Numbered from the stretch's first letter, positions 45,476 to 53,826 are shown. The stretch: 64,000 bases of DNA from Lentisphaeria bacterium UBA1407 (GCA_002305655.1 DBPZ01000118.1:4224-68223), one strand, 5' to 3'. Made by a program: numbers and translations. The notes: a model not told the origin generated them from the letters alone.

Positions 45476-47440
45476 ATGAGCGAAAATGAACAGATCCTGG
45501 CGGCGAATGCGGCGCCAGAAGCGCCCCAGGCACCAAGAAAGGCTGAAAGCAAGCTAGGCAAGCCGGAAATGTATCGTCTGGCAATCGCATTGTTTGGCGG
45601 TATTCTCGTCTTGAACAGCTATTTGTCACGTGTGTTTTTTGCAGATTCGATTGATGAGATTGCCCGGGACGCAAGCGCGTTCCTTGGCGCGTTGATCTTG
45701 AGCTTGCCGATATTTTTCGAGGCAGTGCATGATTTGGTTCGTGGCAAGGTTCACATGAACGAGCTGGTTGCGTTGGCTTTGGTCGCGGCATTTGCGAGCA
45801 AGGACTACCAGACCGCAGGCGCAGTTGCCTTCTTCATGTTGATCACGATTACGATTGAGAAGCGTACGGCGATCGGCGCCGAGGCGGCAATCGAGGCGGT
45901 GGTCAGGTTGACGCCAAGGCAGGCGCGACGTATCGTCGATGGAGTCGAAGAGGAAGTCGATGCGTTAAACGACCTCCAGGTCGGAGATGTCTGCAGAGTG
46001 CGGCCAGGCGAAAATTTCCCTGCTGATGGTATCGTCACCATGGGAACAAGTACCGTGAACCAGGCATCGATCACAGGTGAATCATTGCCTGTTGACAAGG
46101 AAATAGGCAATGAGGTCTATGCAGGTACGCAAAACCTGACGGGACTCGTGGAGTTCAAAGTTACTAAAATCGGTTCCGATACGACCCTCGGAAAGGTCAG
46201 GAACCTGATCGCGGACGCGGAACGATCGAAGTTGCCGATCATGAGAATGATTGACAAGTATGTCGGATACTACACGCCGACGATTTTGATGATTGCTGGA
46301 TTGGTTTGGTTCATCACGATGCGCATTGACCGTGTGATTGCCGTTCTGGTGATGTCGGTTCCCGCGGCTTTTGTGATTGCGACTCCCTCCGCGGTAATTG
46401 CCGCGATCGCGGCGGCGTCTCGCTTGGGAATACTGATCAAGGACGTATCCTACATTGAGCAGGCCGCGAGGATCGGGGCGATTATTTTTGACAAGACGGG
46501 CACGTTGACCGAGGGAAAGCTTGCAGTTGCTCGCTTGGAGCCTGCGGAAGGGGTTGAATTGGCTGCATTGCTTGAGCTGGCGACGTCTGCCGAGCATCAC
46601 AGCAACCATCCCGCCGCCGAGGCGATGAGGAAGTTGGCCCGTGAAGCGAATGTATCGTGGCGCAAGCCTGAGGAGTACGAGGAAGTTGCTGGCTTGGGTG
46701 TTCGTGCCACATTTGATGGCAAGCCTTGCCAGGTTGGTCGTGCCAGTTGGCTAAGGAGCGAAGGGGTTGACTTGAGCGGCTTGGATTCGAGTTTGTCCGA
46801 GGCCGAGCAGCAGGGATTGAGTGTTGTTTGCGTATCGAATGACGGCAAGGCAATGGGATGGATTGGTTTGAGCGACGCGATTCGTTCCGTCAGCGCCGAG
46901 GCGATAGCTCAGTTGAAGGAGCTTGGCATTGAGCGTCTATGCATGGTTACTGGTGACAACGAGCGTGTTGCCCAGGCGGTTGCGTCTCAAATCGGGATAG
47001 CTGAGGTGGCTGCCGCCTGCCTGCCCGAGGAGAAGGCAGAGTATGTACGGAAGTTGAAGAACGAAGGCAAGATCGTTGCTGTGGTTGGCGATGGTGTGAA
47101 CGACGCCCCTGCGTTGGCGGCTGGTGACATCGGTATTGCGATGGGCGCCTTCGGCAGTGATATCGCCGTGCAAAGTGCGTCGGTTGCATTGATGAACAAC
47201 GATTTGCGCCGGATTCCGTTCCTCATTGGCTTGGCCAGGCGGACCCGTATGTTGACCATGCAGAATTTTGCTGTTGGCTTGGGATTTATCGTAGTTGGTG
47301 TATATTTAGCGACTCTAGGTCAAGTGACTCCGGTTGGTGCCGCCTTGCTGCACAGCGTGAGTTCCTTGATGGTCATCTTCAACAGTGCTCGTCTAGTCCG
47401 TTCGGGTGAGATGTTGCAGAGTGGTGACGAGACGAAATAA
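45476..47440 (+). CDS. P1B-type (heavy-metal family) P-type ATPase lacking N-terminal metal-binding domain and lacking the CPC motif
   Basis: Motifs TGES (ITGESLPV), DKTGTLT, the HP locus (SNHPAA) and GDGVNDAPAL, with an 8-TM P1B layout. The position of CPC reads MSVPAAFVIATP. Confidence 0.85.
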   Translation: MSENEQILAANAAPEAPQAPRKAESKLGKPEMYRLAIALFGGILVLNSYLSRVFFADSIDEIARDASAFLGALILSLPIFFEAVHDLVRGKVHMNELVALALVAAFASKDYQTAGAVAFFMLITITIEKRTAIGAEAAIEAVVRLTPRQARRIVDGVEEEVDALNDLQVGDVCRVRPGENFPADGIVTMGTSTVNQASITGESLPVDKEIGNEVYAGTQNLTGLVEFKVTKIGSDTTLGKVRNLIADAERSKLPIMRMIDKYVGYYTPTILMIAGLVWFITMRIDRVIAVLVMSVPAAFVIATPSAVIAAIAAASRLGILIKDVSYIEQAARIGAIIFDKTGTLTEGKLAVARLEPAEGVELAALLELATSAEHHSNHPAAEAMRKLAREANVSWRKPEEYEEVAGLGVRATFDGKPCQVGRASWLRSEGVDLSGLDSSLSEAEQQGLSVVCVSNDGKAMGWIGLSDAIRSVSAEAIAQLKELGIERLCMVTGDNERVAQAVASQIGIAEVAAACLPEEKAEYVRKLKNEGKIVAVVGDGVNDAPALAAGDIGIAMGAFGSDIAVQSASVALMNNDLRRIPFLIGLARRTRMLTMQNFAVGLGFIVVGVYLATLGQVTPVGAALLHSVSSLMVIFNSARLVRSGEMLQSGDETK

Positions 47441-47490
47441 GTCAGATCAGGCAGGATATCTTGTAGCTGAAAATCAGTTGGAGACACGGA

Positions 47491-48651
47491 ATGAGCGAGC
47501 AAGCACAGAATAACATAGTGGTCGAAGCGACTGGCTTGACCAAGATATTCAGGGATTTTTGGAATCGTCCGAAGGCTCGTGCGGTGAATGGGATTGATTT
47601 CACTGTTAAAGCGGGTCAGGTATTTGGTCTGCTCGGTCCGAATGGATCTGGCAAATCGACGACTGTCAAGATGATTTTGGGATTGTTGTATCCGTCTCGT
47701 GGCGTATTGAAGGTATTTGGCGAGGATCCCCAGAATGTGGAGATCAAGAGCCGAATTGGCTACTTGCCCGAAGAGACGTACCTGTATCGTTACTTGACTG
47801 CGATGGAGACGCTGGATTTTTACGGTGCGTTGTTTGGGTTGAGTCCGAAGATGCGTCGTGAACGCAGCGAGCAGCTGTTGAACATGGTTGGCTTGGCACA
47901 TGCGTTCAATCGTCGCGTCGGTGAGTTTTCGAAGGGTATGGCACGTCGAATCGGCTTGGCTCAAGCCTTGGTCAACGATCCTGATTTGGTGATATTGGAC
48001 GAGCCCACCAGTGGCTTGGATCCCATCGGTTGCCGTGAAGTGAAGGATGTGATTCGCCTTTTGGCAAGCCGTGGCAAGACGGTGATTTTGTGCAGCCACT
48101 TGCTGGCGGACGTGCAGGATGTCTGCGATGACATGGTCGTCCTGTATGGCGGAAAAATCCGTGCCGAAGGTACCTTGCATGACATCCTGCGCGAGGAAGA
48201 GACGACTAGAATGGAAGTTCCGACGTTGAGCGGCGAGACGCAAAAGGAGTTGCGTTCCTGGCTGATCGCTCACGGCGTTGACGAAAGCCAGATCAAACTG
48301 GGGAATCCAGTTCGCAACCTGGAGGAATTCTTCCTGGAAGTTGTGAAGCAGGCTCGCGAGCAGAGCGTCGATACCGCTGGTGTACAAGCAGGCGGTGAGA
48401 TTCCGAAATACCTGATCGCCTCTGAAGACGGCAAGGCGTTGCTCGATACCTTGAGACGCCCCAGCGAGCCTGAGCAAGTGGCCGCAAAGCCGATGGAACC
48501 GGAACAGCCCAAGGTTGATGTTAACAAGCTCGAAGCATTGGGAGCGGCACATGAAGCGCCCAAGCAAGACGAAACTCCAGAGGAAGACGACCAGGCAGCC
48601 AAGGAAGCACGAGAAAAGGCTAACAAGAAGCTGAGTGACTTGCTGAAGTAA
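47491..48651 (+). CDS. ABC transporter ATP-binding protein with ~130-aa charged C-terminal extension
   Basis: Walker A GPNGSGKST, signature FSKGMARR, Walker B LVILDEPTSGLD and H-loop CSHL. No permease gene lies adjacent. Confidence 0.9.
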   Translation: MSEQAQNNIVVEATGLTKIFRDFWNRPKARAVNGIDFTVKAGQVFGLLGPNGSGKSTTVKMILGLLYPSRGVLKVFGEDPQNVEIKSRIGYLPEETYLYRYLTAMETLDFYGALFGLSPKMRRERSEQLLNMVGLAHAFNRRVGEFSKGMARRIGLAQALVNDPDLVILDEPTSGLDPIGCREVKDVIRLLASRGKTVILCSHLLADVQDVCDDMVVLYGGKIRAEGTLHDILREEETTRMEVPTLSGETQKELRSWLIAHGVDESQIKLGNPVRNLEEFFLEVVKQAREQSVDTAGVQAGGEIPKYLIASEDGKALLDTLRRPSEPEQVAAKPMEPEQPKVDVNKLEALGAAHEAPKQDETPEEDDQAAKEAREKANKKLSDLLK

Positions 48652-48668
48652 AATCGTAGAATTCAATG

Positions 48669-48711
48669 CCGCCGCAACGGGTGTGGAAATTGCCTGGTTT
48701 GCGGCGGTTTT
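48669..48711 (+). terminator. Intrinsic terminator after ABC ATPase gene (between convergent genes)
   Basis: ccgccgcaa (48669-48677) pairs with ttgcggcgg (48699-48707) over a 21-nt loop, followed by tttt. Confidence 0.5.
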
Positions 48712-48714
48712 GCG

Positions 48715-49551
48715 TCAATCGACGGCGATCATGGCTTCCCAAAGGGTATCGACAGTGAAGCCGCAGAAAGGATTGAAATCGAGGTAATAAGCGCTCAACA
48801 GCTTGATTTCCTCGGTTGCGAGCCTCATGTCAATGAAGAACGTCGCCAGGTCAATAGCGATGGCGGCCCTCATTGACATTGTGTTTTTGAATCCTCCGTG
48901 TGCCACGTCAATCAGCGTTAGGTCTTGTGAATCGATGGTACTGTTTTTTGAGATGAGGATTTTGTGTGGGTGGAATGAGGTATGTGAGAATCCGCAGGCG
49001 TGTGCACGCGCGATGATTTCAAGCGCTTTTTTGCTGAAAGCGACTCTGAATTCGTCTTGATCGGCGAGGGATCCACCTGGCATAAGTGATGAGCCGTCAA
49101 TGGTATTGTCAATATATCGTGTTATAATGAATGAAGATTTGAGTTTCCCAAATTTACGAACTTCGCCGCAAGCGAGGGTTTCTGCGACTGGGATTCCCAA
49201 GCCATCGAGTGTGGCATAGTTAAGGGCTTCAGTGACAGCGTTAGATCGGTCGAAGAGTCTGAGCCATGAGAATGTTTCCCTGTGGTATGTTTTGATGACG
49301 ACTTCGTAGTCGCCGTGTCGCGGCGGGACTGTAATCCTCCAGACTTCCTTGCTAGGAGAGTCCGAGAGATAGATTCCGCTTCTGACCTCATGGGGGTGCG
49401 CTTTGATCCAATCTGCAGCGGATTCGAATCCTTCTGCGGTCCAATGCCAGGTAATAAACCTGTTAGGCGCCATGGTTTTCAGGAGTTCACGTTGCCGTTC
49501 CTGTCCATTAGCAATAAGCTTTTTAGTTTCTATGTTGGGATATGAAGTCAT
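48715..49551 (-). CDS. Protein-kinase-like fold protein (lipopolysaccharide/Kdo kinase-like), catalytic loop degenerate
   Basis: Beta-rich N-lobe with VVIKTY. The loop GFSHTSFHPHKILI sits where HxDxxxxN is expected, and LIDVAHG where the DFG-like motif is expected. The call is by eye only. Confidence 0.35.
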   Translation of the reverse strand: MTSYPNIETKKLIANGQERQRELLKTMAPNRFITWHWTAEGFESAADWIKAHPHEVRSGIYLSDSPSKEVWRITVPPRHGDYEVVIKTYHRETFSWLRLFDRSNAVTEALNYATLDGLGIPVAETLACGEVRKFGKLKSSFIITRYIDNTIDGSSLMPGGSLADQDEFRVAFSKKALEIIARAHACGFSHTSFHPHKILISKNSTIDSQDLTLIDVAHGGFKNTMSMRAAIAIDLATFFIDMRLATEEIKLLSAYYLDFNPFCGFTVDTLWEAMIAVD

Positions 49552-49632
49552 AATAAGATTGCTTGACGGGTAATCAACCGGTTTCGTGATTTTATATCGA
49601 GAGTCAATCGGGATTTCAGGGATAAATATACA

Positions 49633-50604
49633 ATGTCAGGAATGAATCGTCAATCCAAGTATTCTTTAGGGAAGATATCGGTTTATTTGCGTCATCGTGA
49701 CGTGAGCTATTGGGAGTTGAGCACGTCACAGGCCAATCGCCTATCTGAACTTTTGGGCGGTGCACAAGTAGTATTGTGCAAAAGCGACGCAGAATTGGCA
49801 TCTGAATTGCCTGATGCTGACGCTGTGTTGACCTGGAGATTTCGTCAGGAATGGTTTGATTTGGCGCCGAAATTGAAGATCGTTTCGACTCCTGCCGCGG
49901 GTCAAGACTATTTTTCGGTTGTCGCGCCCCCTGGTGTTGTGATGTTGAATGGCGCGTTTCACGGCGAGATCATGGCCGAGAGCGTGGTTGGGATGCTCTT
50001 GGGCATGGAACGTGGAATTTTGGCTCAGGCGACCTTGCACCCGGCAACTTCCTGGGCGCGGAAAGAGCTTTCTCCTGGAATGCGCGTGCTGCGTGGTTCC
50101 ACGGTCCTGATCTTGGGCTTTGGGCGCATCGGGCGTTGGATCGGCAAGCTGCTGAAGCCATTTGGGGTGACACTCATCGGCGTGGGGCGTCGGAGCAATG
50201 CCGAACGACCAGATTGGTTTGATGCATCAGATAGCCTGATCCAAGTAGGAGAACTAGATGAAGCGCTCGCCAAGGCCAATCATTTGGTGATGGCATTGCC
50301 AAGCACGACGGGTACTACTGGGCTGATGGATGGACGACGGCTCGCGCTGCTGAAGCCTGGCGCGACCGTGACCAATGTGGGACGAGGAAACTCGCTCGAT
50401 GTGACGGCGTTGATAACGTTGCTGAACAATGGGCATTTGGCAGGGGCGTTCCTGGATGTCTTCCCCGAAGAACCACTGCCGGAAGGCTCTGTGATTGCAA
50501 GCACGCCTAAATTGTGGCGTCTGCCGCATGCGTCTGCCATCGCGCCAAATTACTTGGATCTCTACATTGACGACTTTGTTCGTCAGGTACGAGGGCTGAG
50601 TTGA
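49633..50604 (+). CDS. D-isomer-specific 2-hydroxyacid dehydrogenase family, NAD-binding
   Basis: Motifs GFGRIGRWIGKLL, NVGRGNSLD, AFLDVFPEEPLP and PHASA. Confidence 0.85.
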   Translation: MSGMNRQSKYSLGKISVYLRHRDVSYWELSTSQANRLSELLGGAQVVLCKSDAELASELPDADAVLTWRFRQEWFDLAPKLKIVSTPAAGQDYFSVVAPPGVVMLNGAFHGEIMAESVVGMLLGMERGILAQATLHPATSWARKELSPGMRVLRGSTVLILGFGRIGRWIGKLLKPFGVTLIGVGRRSNAERPDWFDASDSLIQVGELDEALAKANHLVMALPSTTGTTGLMDGRRLALLKPGATVTNVGRGNSLDVTALITLLNNGHLAGAFLDVFPEEPLPEGSVIASTPKLWRLPHASAIAPNYLDLYIDDFVRQVRGLS

Positions 50605-50671
50605 CGAAATCTTTTTTTACACACAAAAACCTGCTATTTCCAGCGTCGCATCGCTTCTCAAAAATGGGTGT

Positions 50672-50718
50672 AAAAAAAGTGCCAGGGTTCCACAAAAGAG
50701 GAACACTGGTCACTTTTT
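50672..50718. terminator. Bidirectional intrinsic terminator
   Basis: gtgccagggttcc (50679-50691) pairs with ggaacactggtcac (50700-50713), ~12 bp with one bulge and one mismatch. It is flanked by aaaaaaa upstream and ttttt downstream, so a U-tract is present on both strands. Confidence 0.6.
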
Positions 50719-50738
50719 GCTAGTTCAACCTGATGAGA

Positions 50739-50969
50739 TTACTTTTTGCAGGCTTTCTTTGCGCAGGCTTTCTTCGCGCACTTGGCAGCCTCAAGGACAG
50801 GAACCGCCTTGTAGGTCTTCTTGTAGTCTTCTTCCTTGACGAACTTGGGGAGCTTGCGACCGTCGATTTCGCCGACAATGCCATACCGGCCGTTGGGATA
50901 CTGCACTTTGTACTTTACTTCAGCTTCAACCATCTTGCGAGCCTTCACATCATAGAATGACGCTTTCAT
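50739..50969 (-). CDS. Small basic protein (76 aa) with Lys/Ala/Cys-rich C-terminal tail
   Basis: MKASFYDVKARKMVEAEV...AAKCAKKACAKKACKK. ATG 50967-50969 is preceded by aaggag. The N-terminal 55 codons of ORF-track entry 50739..51134 were discarded. The gene is flanked by AT-rich DNA. Confidence 0.6.
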   Translation of the reverse strand: MKASFYDVKARKMVEAEVKYKVQYPNGRYGIVGEIDGRKLPKFVKEEDYKKTYKAVPVLEAAKCAKKACAKKACKK

Positions 50970-51229
50970 CGACCTTTTCTCCTTGCTTTTGGGACCATGT
51001 TTCACTGGACACACTCGTGTCCAAATAAATGAAACTTCGTAAACAACCATAAAATACAACGACATAGGTATAGTTTGCAAACCGCTTTTAAAGAAAAATG
51101 CAACTTTTTTTGATAAAAAAGTGATTTTTTTCATGAAAATCCCAATATTTCATAAAAATATGCGTCGTGTAGTGTTTTTTTTGTAGAGCGAAAGACGCTT
51201 TATGTGGATTTTCAGGTTATATTATTTAA

Positions 51230-52222
51230 ATGAAAATCATGAAAGAATTTCATCATTGGGCATGTGTGATGTTTCGGCATATTAGTTTCGTCCTGCTTTT
51301 GTTTATTTTGTTTTTCGCGTGTAGTTGCCGCACACTTGACGGGCGTGTTGCTCATAGTCCTGGCGAGGCAGAATTTGGTGGCGGCTGGCCATTGAGTCCT
51401 GTTGTTCGCATGTCAAGTTCTTCTGACTATGTTTCCGAGTATGGGAAAGGCAGCAAGTTAGTTCGTCAATATGTCGCATTGTATTCTGATGGCGACTTGT
51501 CTGATGCTCAATGGTCTCGTGGCTTGTCCCTGCTGACGAAAGCTTTGTCATTGCCGGATTTGAGTGATGGAGTTCGTATGAAGCTATCGGATTTGGTCTT
51601 GCGTCACGAGTTGCTATGGATGATGAACAAGACTTACCATCAGACTGGGGGCGTTGGCGCTGTTGACAAGGAATCGTTTTTGGCTGGATTGTCCATGTCC
51701 CGTCGTCTTGTTGAGTACCGCAAGGAGCATGCTATTTCCGGGCTGGACTCGTTGCGCGATTACGAGCGTCGCTGCGGGGATCCATTGGGTGTGGAGTGGC
51801 TAAGCTTGTTTGATGGGTACGATGTTTTGAGCGGGGTTGATGATCGGTGGCGCTTGGTGTTGAGGTCTCGAGGAGAGGGATGCGTGACGTTGGCTGTTGA
51901 GGTTGGGTATGGGTTGCCGTATCCGGCTCAAATGGCGGGATGGGGACAGGTTGAGTTGTATGTGGACACTGAGCTTCCTGGTGGAGGCATTGCGGATGTG
52001 CGCGTGAACTTCCGCGGTTTGCCTTCTGAAGTTTCTGTGAAGGTTGACGGACATGATTTGGAGTTGATTCGTTCGGGTAGCGCTTGCCAGGCTTTGATTC
52101 CTCGTGGATTGATGCGCAAGGACGTGCGGCAGCGCTTGTCCATCGAGTTGAATGAGAATGGCATAGGCGCGGAAAGAATTTTCCGGCAGCCATGGTTTGT
52201 GGTAGCGAGTCATCAGGGGTAA
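51230..52222 (+). CDS. Hypothetical lipoprotein
   Basis: Signal/lipobox MFRHISFVLLLFILFFAC; the start may be ATG 51269. The stop lies 4 nt before mgtE. No family recognised. Confidence 0.55.
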   Translation: MKIMKEFHHWACVMFRHISFVLLLFILFFACSCRTLDGRVAHSPGEAEFGGGWPLSPVVRMSSSSDYVSEYGKGSKLVRQYVALYSDGDLSDAQWSRGLSLLTKALSLPDLSDGVRMKLSDLVLRHELLWMMNKTYHQTGGVGAVDKESFLAGLSMSRRLVEYRKEHAISGLDSLRDYERRCGDPLGVEWLSLFDGYDVLSGVDDRWRLVLRSRGEGCVTLAVEVGYGLPYPAQMAGWGQVELYVDTELPGGGIADVRVNFRGLPSEVSVKVDGHDLELIRSGSACQALIPRGLMRKDVRQRLSIELNENGIGAERIFRQPWFVVASHQG

Positions 52223-52226
52223 TCCA

Positions 52227-53585
52227 ATGGAAGAGTACAAAAATGAACTTGAACAGCTGGCAGTGCTGGGGGAACTGTCTGAACGACTTTCGAAAATGAA
52301 CCCTGTCGATGCCGCCAACGAATTGGCTGAATGGGAGGACAAGGACAAGTTGCTGCTTGTCTTCCGGTTGTTGGGAAAGGATCAGGCGGCGGCGATATTC
52401 ACGTACCTGGACAAGGATCTCCACAGGTACCTGGTTGAAGGAATATCGAATATCGAGATGAACGAATTGTTTCGTCGCCTGGCCTTGGACGACGCAGTTG
52501 ACATCATTGAGGAATTGCCCGCGAACATGGTGAACATGATTCTGAGTTCGACCAGTCCGGAGAAGCGTTCCGCGATCAATCGCGCGTTGCAGTACCCTGA
52601 GTATTCAGCTGGTAGCCTGATGACCGTTGAGTACATTAGCCTGTTTGAAAGCATGACTGCGGGCGGCGCCATTGAGCATATCAGGAAAATTGGCTTGGAC
52701 AAGGAAACCATCTACAGCTGCTACGTGACAGGACCAACCAGAAAGCTGGTGGGAGCGGTCTCGCTCAGGCGATTGATCCTGGCGGAAAATGACGAAACCG
52801 TCGGTGACCTGATGACCAAGGAAGTCGTGTATGCGCATACCTTGGAAGATCAGGAAGAGGTGGCGAGGAAATTCCAGGAGTACGACCTGAATGCGATGCC
52901 CGTCGTCGACAACGAAAATAGAATCGTGGGTATCATCACCATCGACGATATCGTTGACGTCATCGAAGCGGAAAATACGGAAGACTTCGAAAAGATGGCC
53001 GCGTTGCATCCTTCGGATGACGAGTACCTGAAAACCAGCATCGTGAAATTGGCTCGAAATCGTATTGTCTGGCTTCTTCTCCTGATGATTTCAGCGACGT
53101 TCACTGGCGGGATTATCGGGTATTACCAGGGCTTGCTGGATAGCGCCGTTGTGCTTGCCGCCTTTATTCCGATGCTGATGGATACCGGGGGCAACTGTGG
53201 TTCCCAGGCGTCAACCCTGATCATTCGTGGCATGGCGGTGGGCGAAATCGAGTTGTCCAGCTGGTATCGCGTGCTATGGAAGGAGTTCAGGGTCGGGGTG
53301 CTGGTCGCTGTCGCCTTGACCAGCGTCAACTACCTGAGAATGCGTTTTTTCAACTCGCTGACGTACGGTGAGGCAACTCCGAAGGATCGCGTCGAACTGG
53401 TGGTTACGCTCACGTTGTTCCTAACCGTCGTGCTTGCAAAATTGATTGGTTGCGCCTTGCCGTTGTTGGCTAAGAAGCTGAAGACCGACCCCGCGCTGAT
53501 GGCGGCGCCAATGCTTACGACCATCGTGGATGCCCTGTCGCTGGCCATCTATTTTTCCATTGCGGCGGCGTTGCTTTCGCTATGA
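52227..53585 (+). CDS. mgtE: Magnesium transporter MgtE
   Basis: N-terminal MgtE domain, tandem CBS domains (AMPVVDNENRIVGIITIDDIVDVI), and a TM domain with PMLMDTGGNCGSQAST. Confidence 0.95.
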   Translation: MEEYKNELEQLAVLGELSERLSKMNPVDAANELAEWEDKDKLLLVFRLLGKDQAAAIFTYLDKDLHRYLVEGISNIEMNELFRRLALDDAVDIIEELPANMVNMILSSTSPEKRSAINRALQYPEYSAGSLMTVEYISLFESMTAGGAIEHIRKIGLDKETIYSCYVTGPTRKLVGAVSLRRLILAENDETVGDLMTKEVVYAHTLEDQEEVARKFQEYDLNAMPVVDNENRIVGIITIDDIVDVIEAENTEDFEKMAALHPSDDEYLKTSIVKLARNRIVWLLLLMISATFTGGIIGYYQGLLDSAVVLAAFIPMLMDTGGNCGSQASTLIIRGMAVGEIELSSWYRVLWKEFRVGVLVAVALTSVNYLRMRFFNSLTYGEATPKDRVELVVTLTLFLTVVLAKLIGCALPLLAKKLKTDPALMAAPMLTTIVDALSLAIYFSIAAALLSL

Positions 53586-53644
53586 ACTGGGACTGGGACT
53601 GCGACTTATGGTTCTTATGTTCTGAGAAATATTTCTTGGTTTGT

Positions 53645-53672
53645 TTGCATTATTTTGATGAAGGCTTATAAT
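53645..53672 (+). promoter_or_regulatory. Candidate sigma70-type promoter TTGCAT-N16-TATAAT
   Basis: Hexamers read directly at 53645-53650 and 53667-53672, ~65 nt upstream of the 29-aa ORF. Confidence 0.4.
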
Positions 53673-53736
53673 AATGAACTAATTTTTCAAATTATTCGTG
53701 CGTAAGTATTAATTAGTTGAAATCAAGGGCGACACT

Positions 53737-53826
53737 ATGGGATCAGTCAAGAAGAAACGTCGTAAGAAGATTGCGAAGCACAAGAGACGTAAGCAGCTGA
53801 AGGCAATGCGTCACAAGAAGAAGTAA
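53737..53826 (+). CDS. 29-aa Lys/Arg-rich protein resembling ribosomal protein bS22 (AURKAIP1/COX24-domain small protein)
   Basis: Hand translation gives MGSVKKKRRKKIAKHKRRKQLKAMRHKKK, then stop. From memory it resembles MGSVIKKRRKRM.KKKHRKLL... of actinobacterial bS22. It is below the ORF-track length cut-off. Confidence 0.55.
   Translation: MGSVKKKRRKKIAKHKRRKQLKAMRHKKK

Noticed and set aside
47320-48666. 448-aa minus-strand ORF spanning the whole ABC ATPase gene
   Set aside because: It is exactly antisense to a gene with unmistakable Walker A, signature and Walker B motifs. Its own sequence is low-information (Leu/Gln/Arg/His-rich) with no motifs. Long antisense ORFs opposite ABC ATPase genes are a known source of spurious annotations.
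49405-49445. tRNA-like T-loop string (ggattcgaatcc ... ggtcca)
   Set aside because: The flanks do not form a T-stem, acceptor or anticodon arms. It lies inside the 48715..49551 coding sequence.
52200-52230. Riboswitch or leader control of mgtE (M-box), asnS (T-box) and the purF-like gene
   Set aside because: The upstream gaps are 4 nt (mgtE), 94 nt (asnS) and 98 nt (purF-like). These are too short for the known elements, and no conserved cores were seen.
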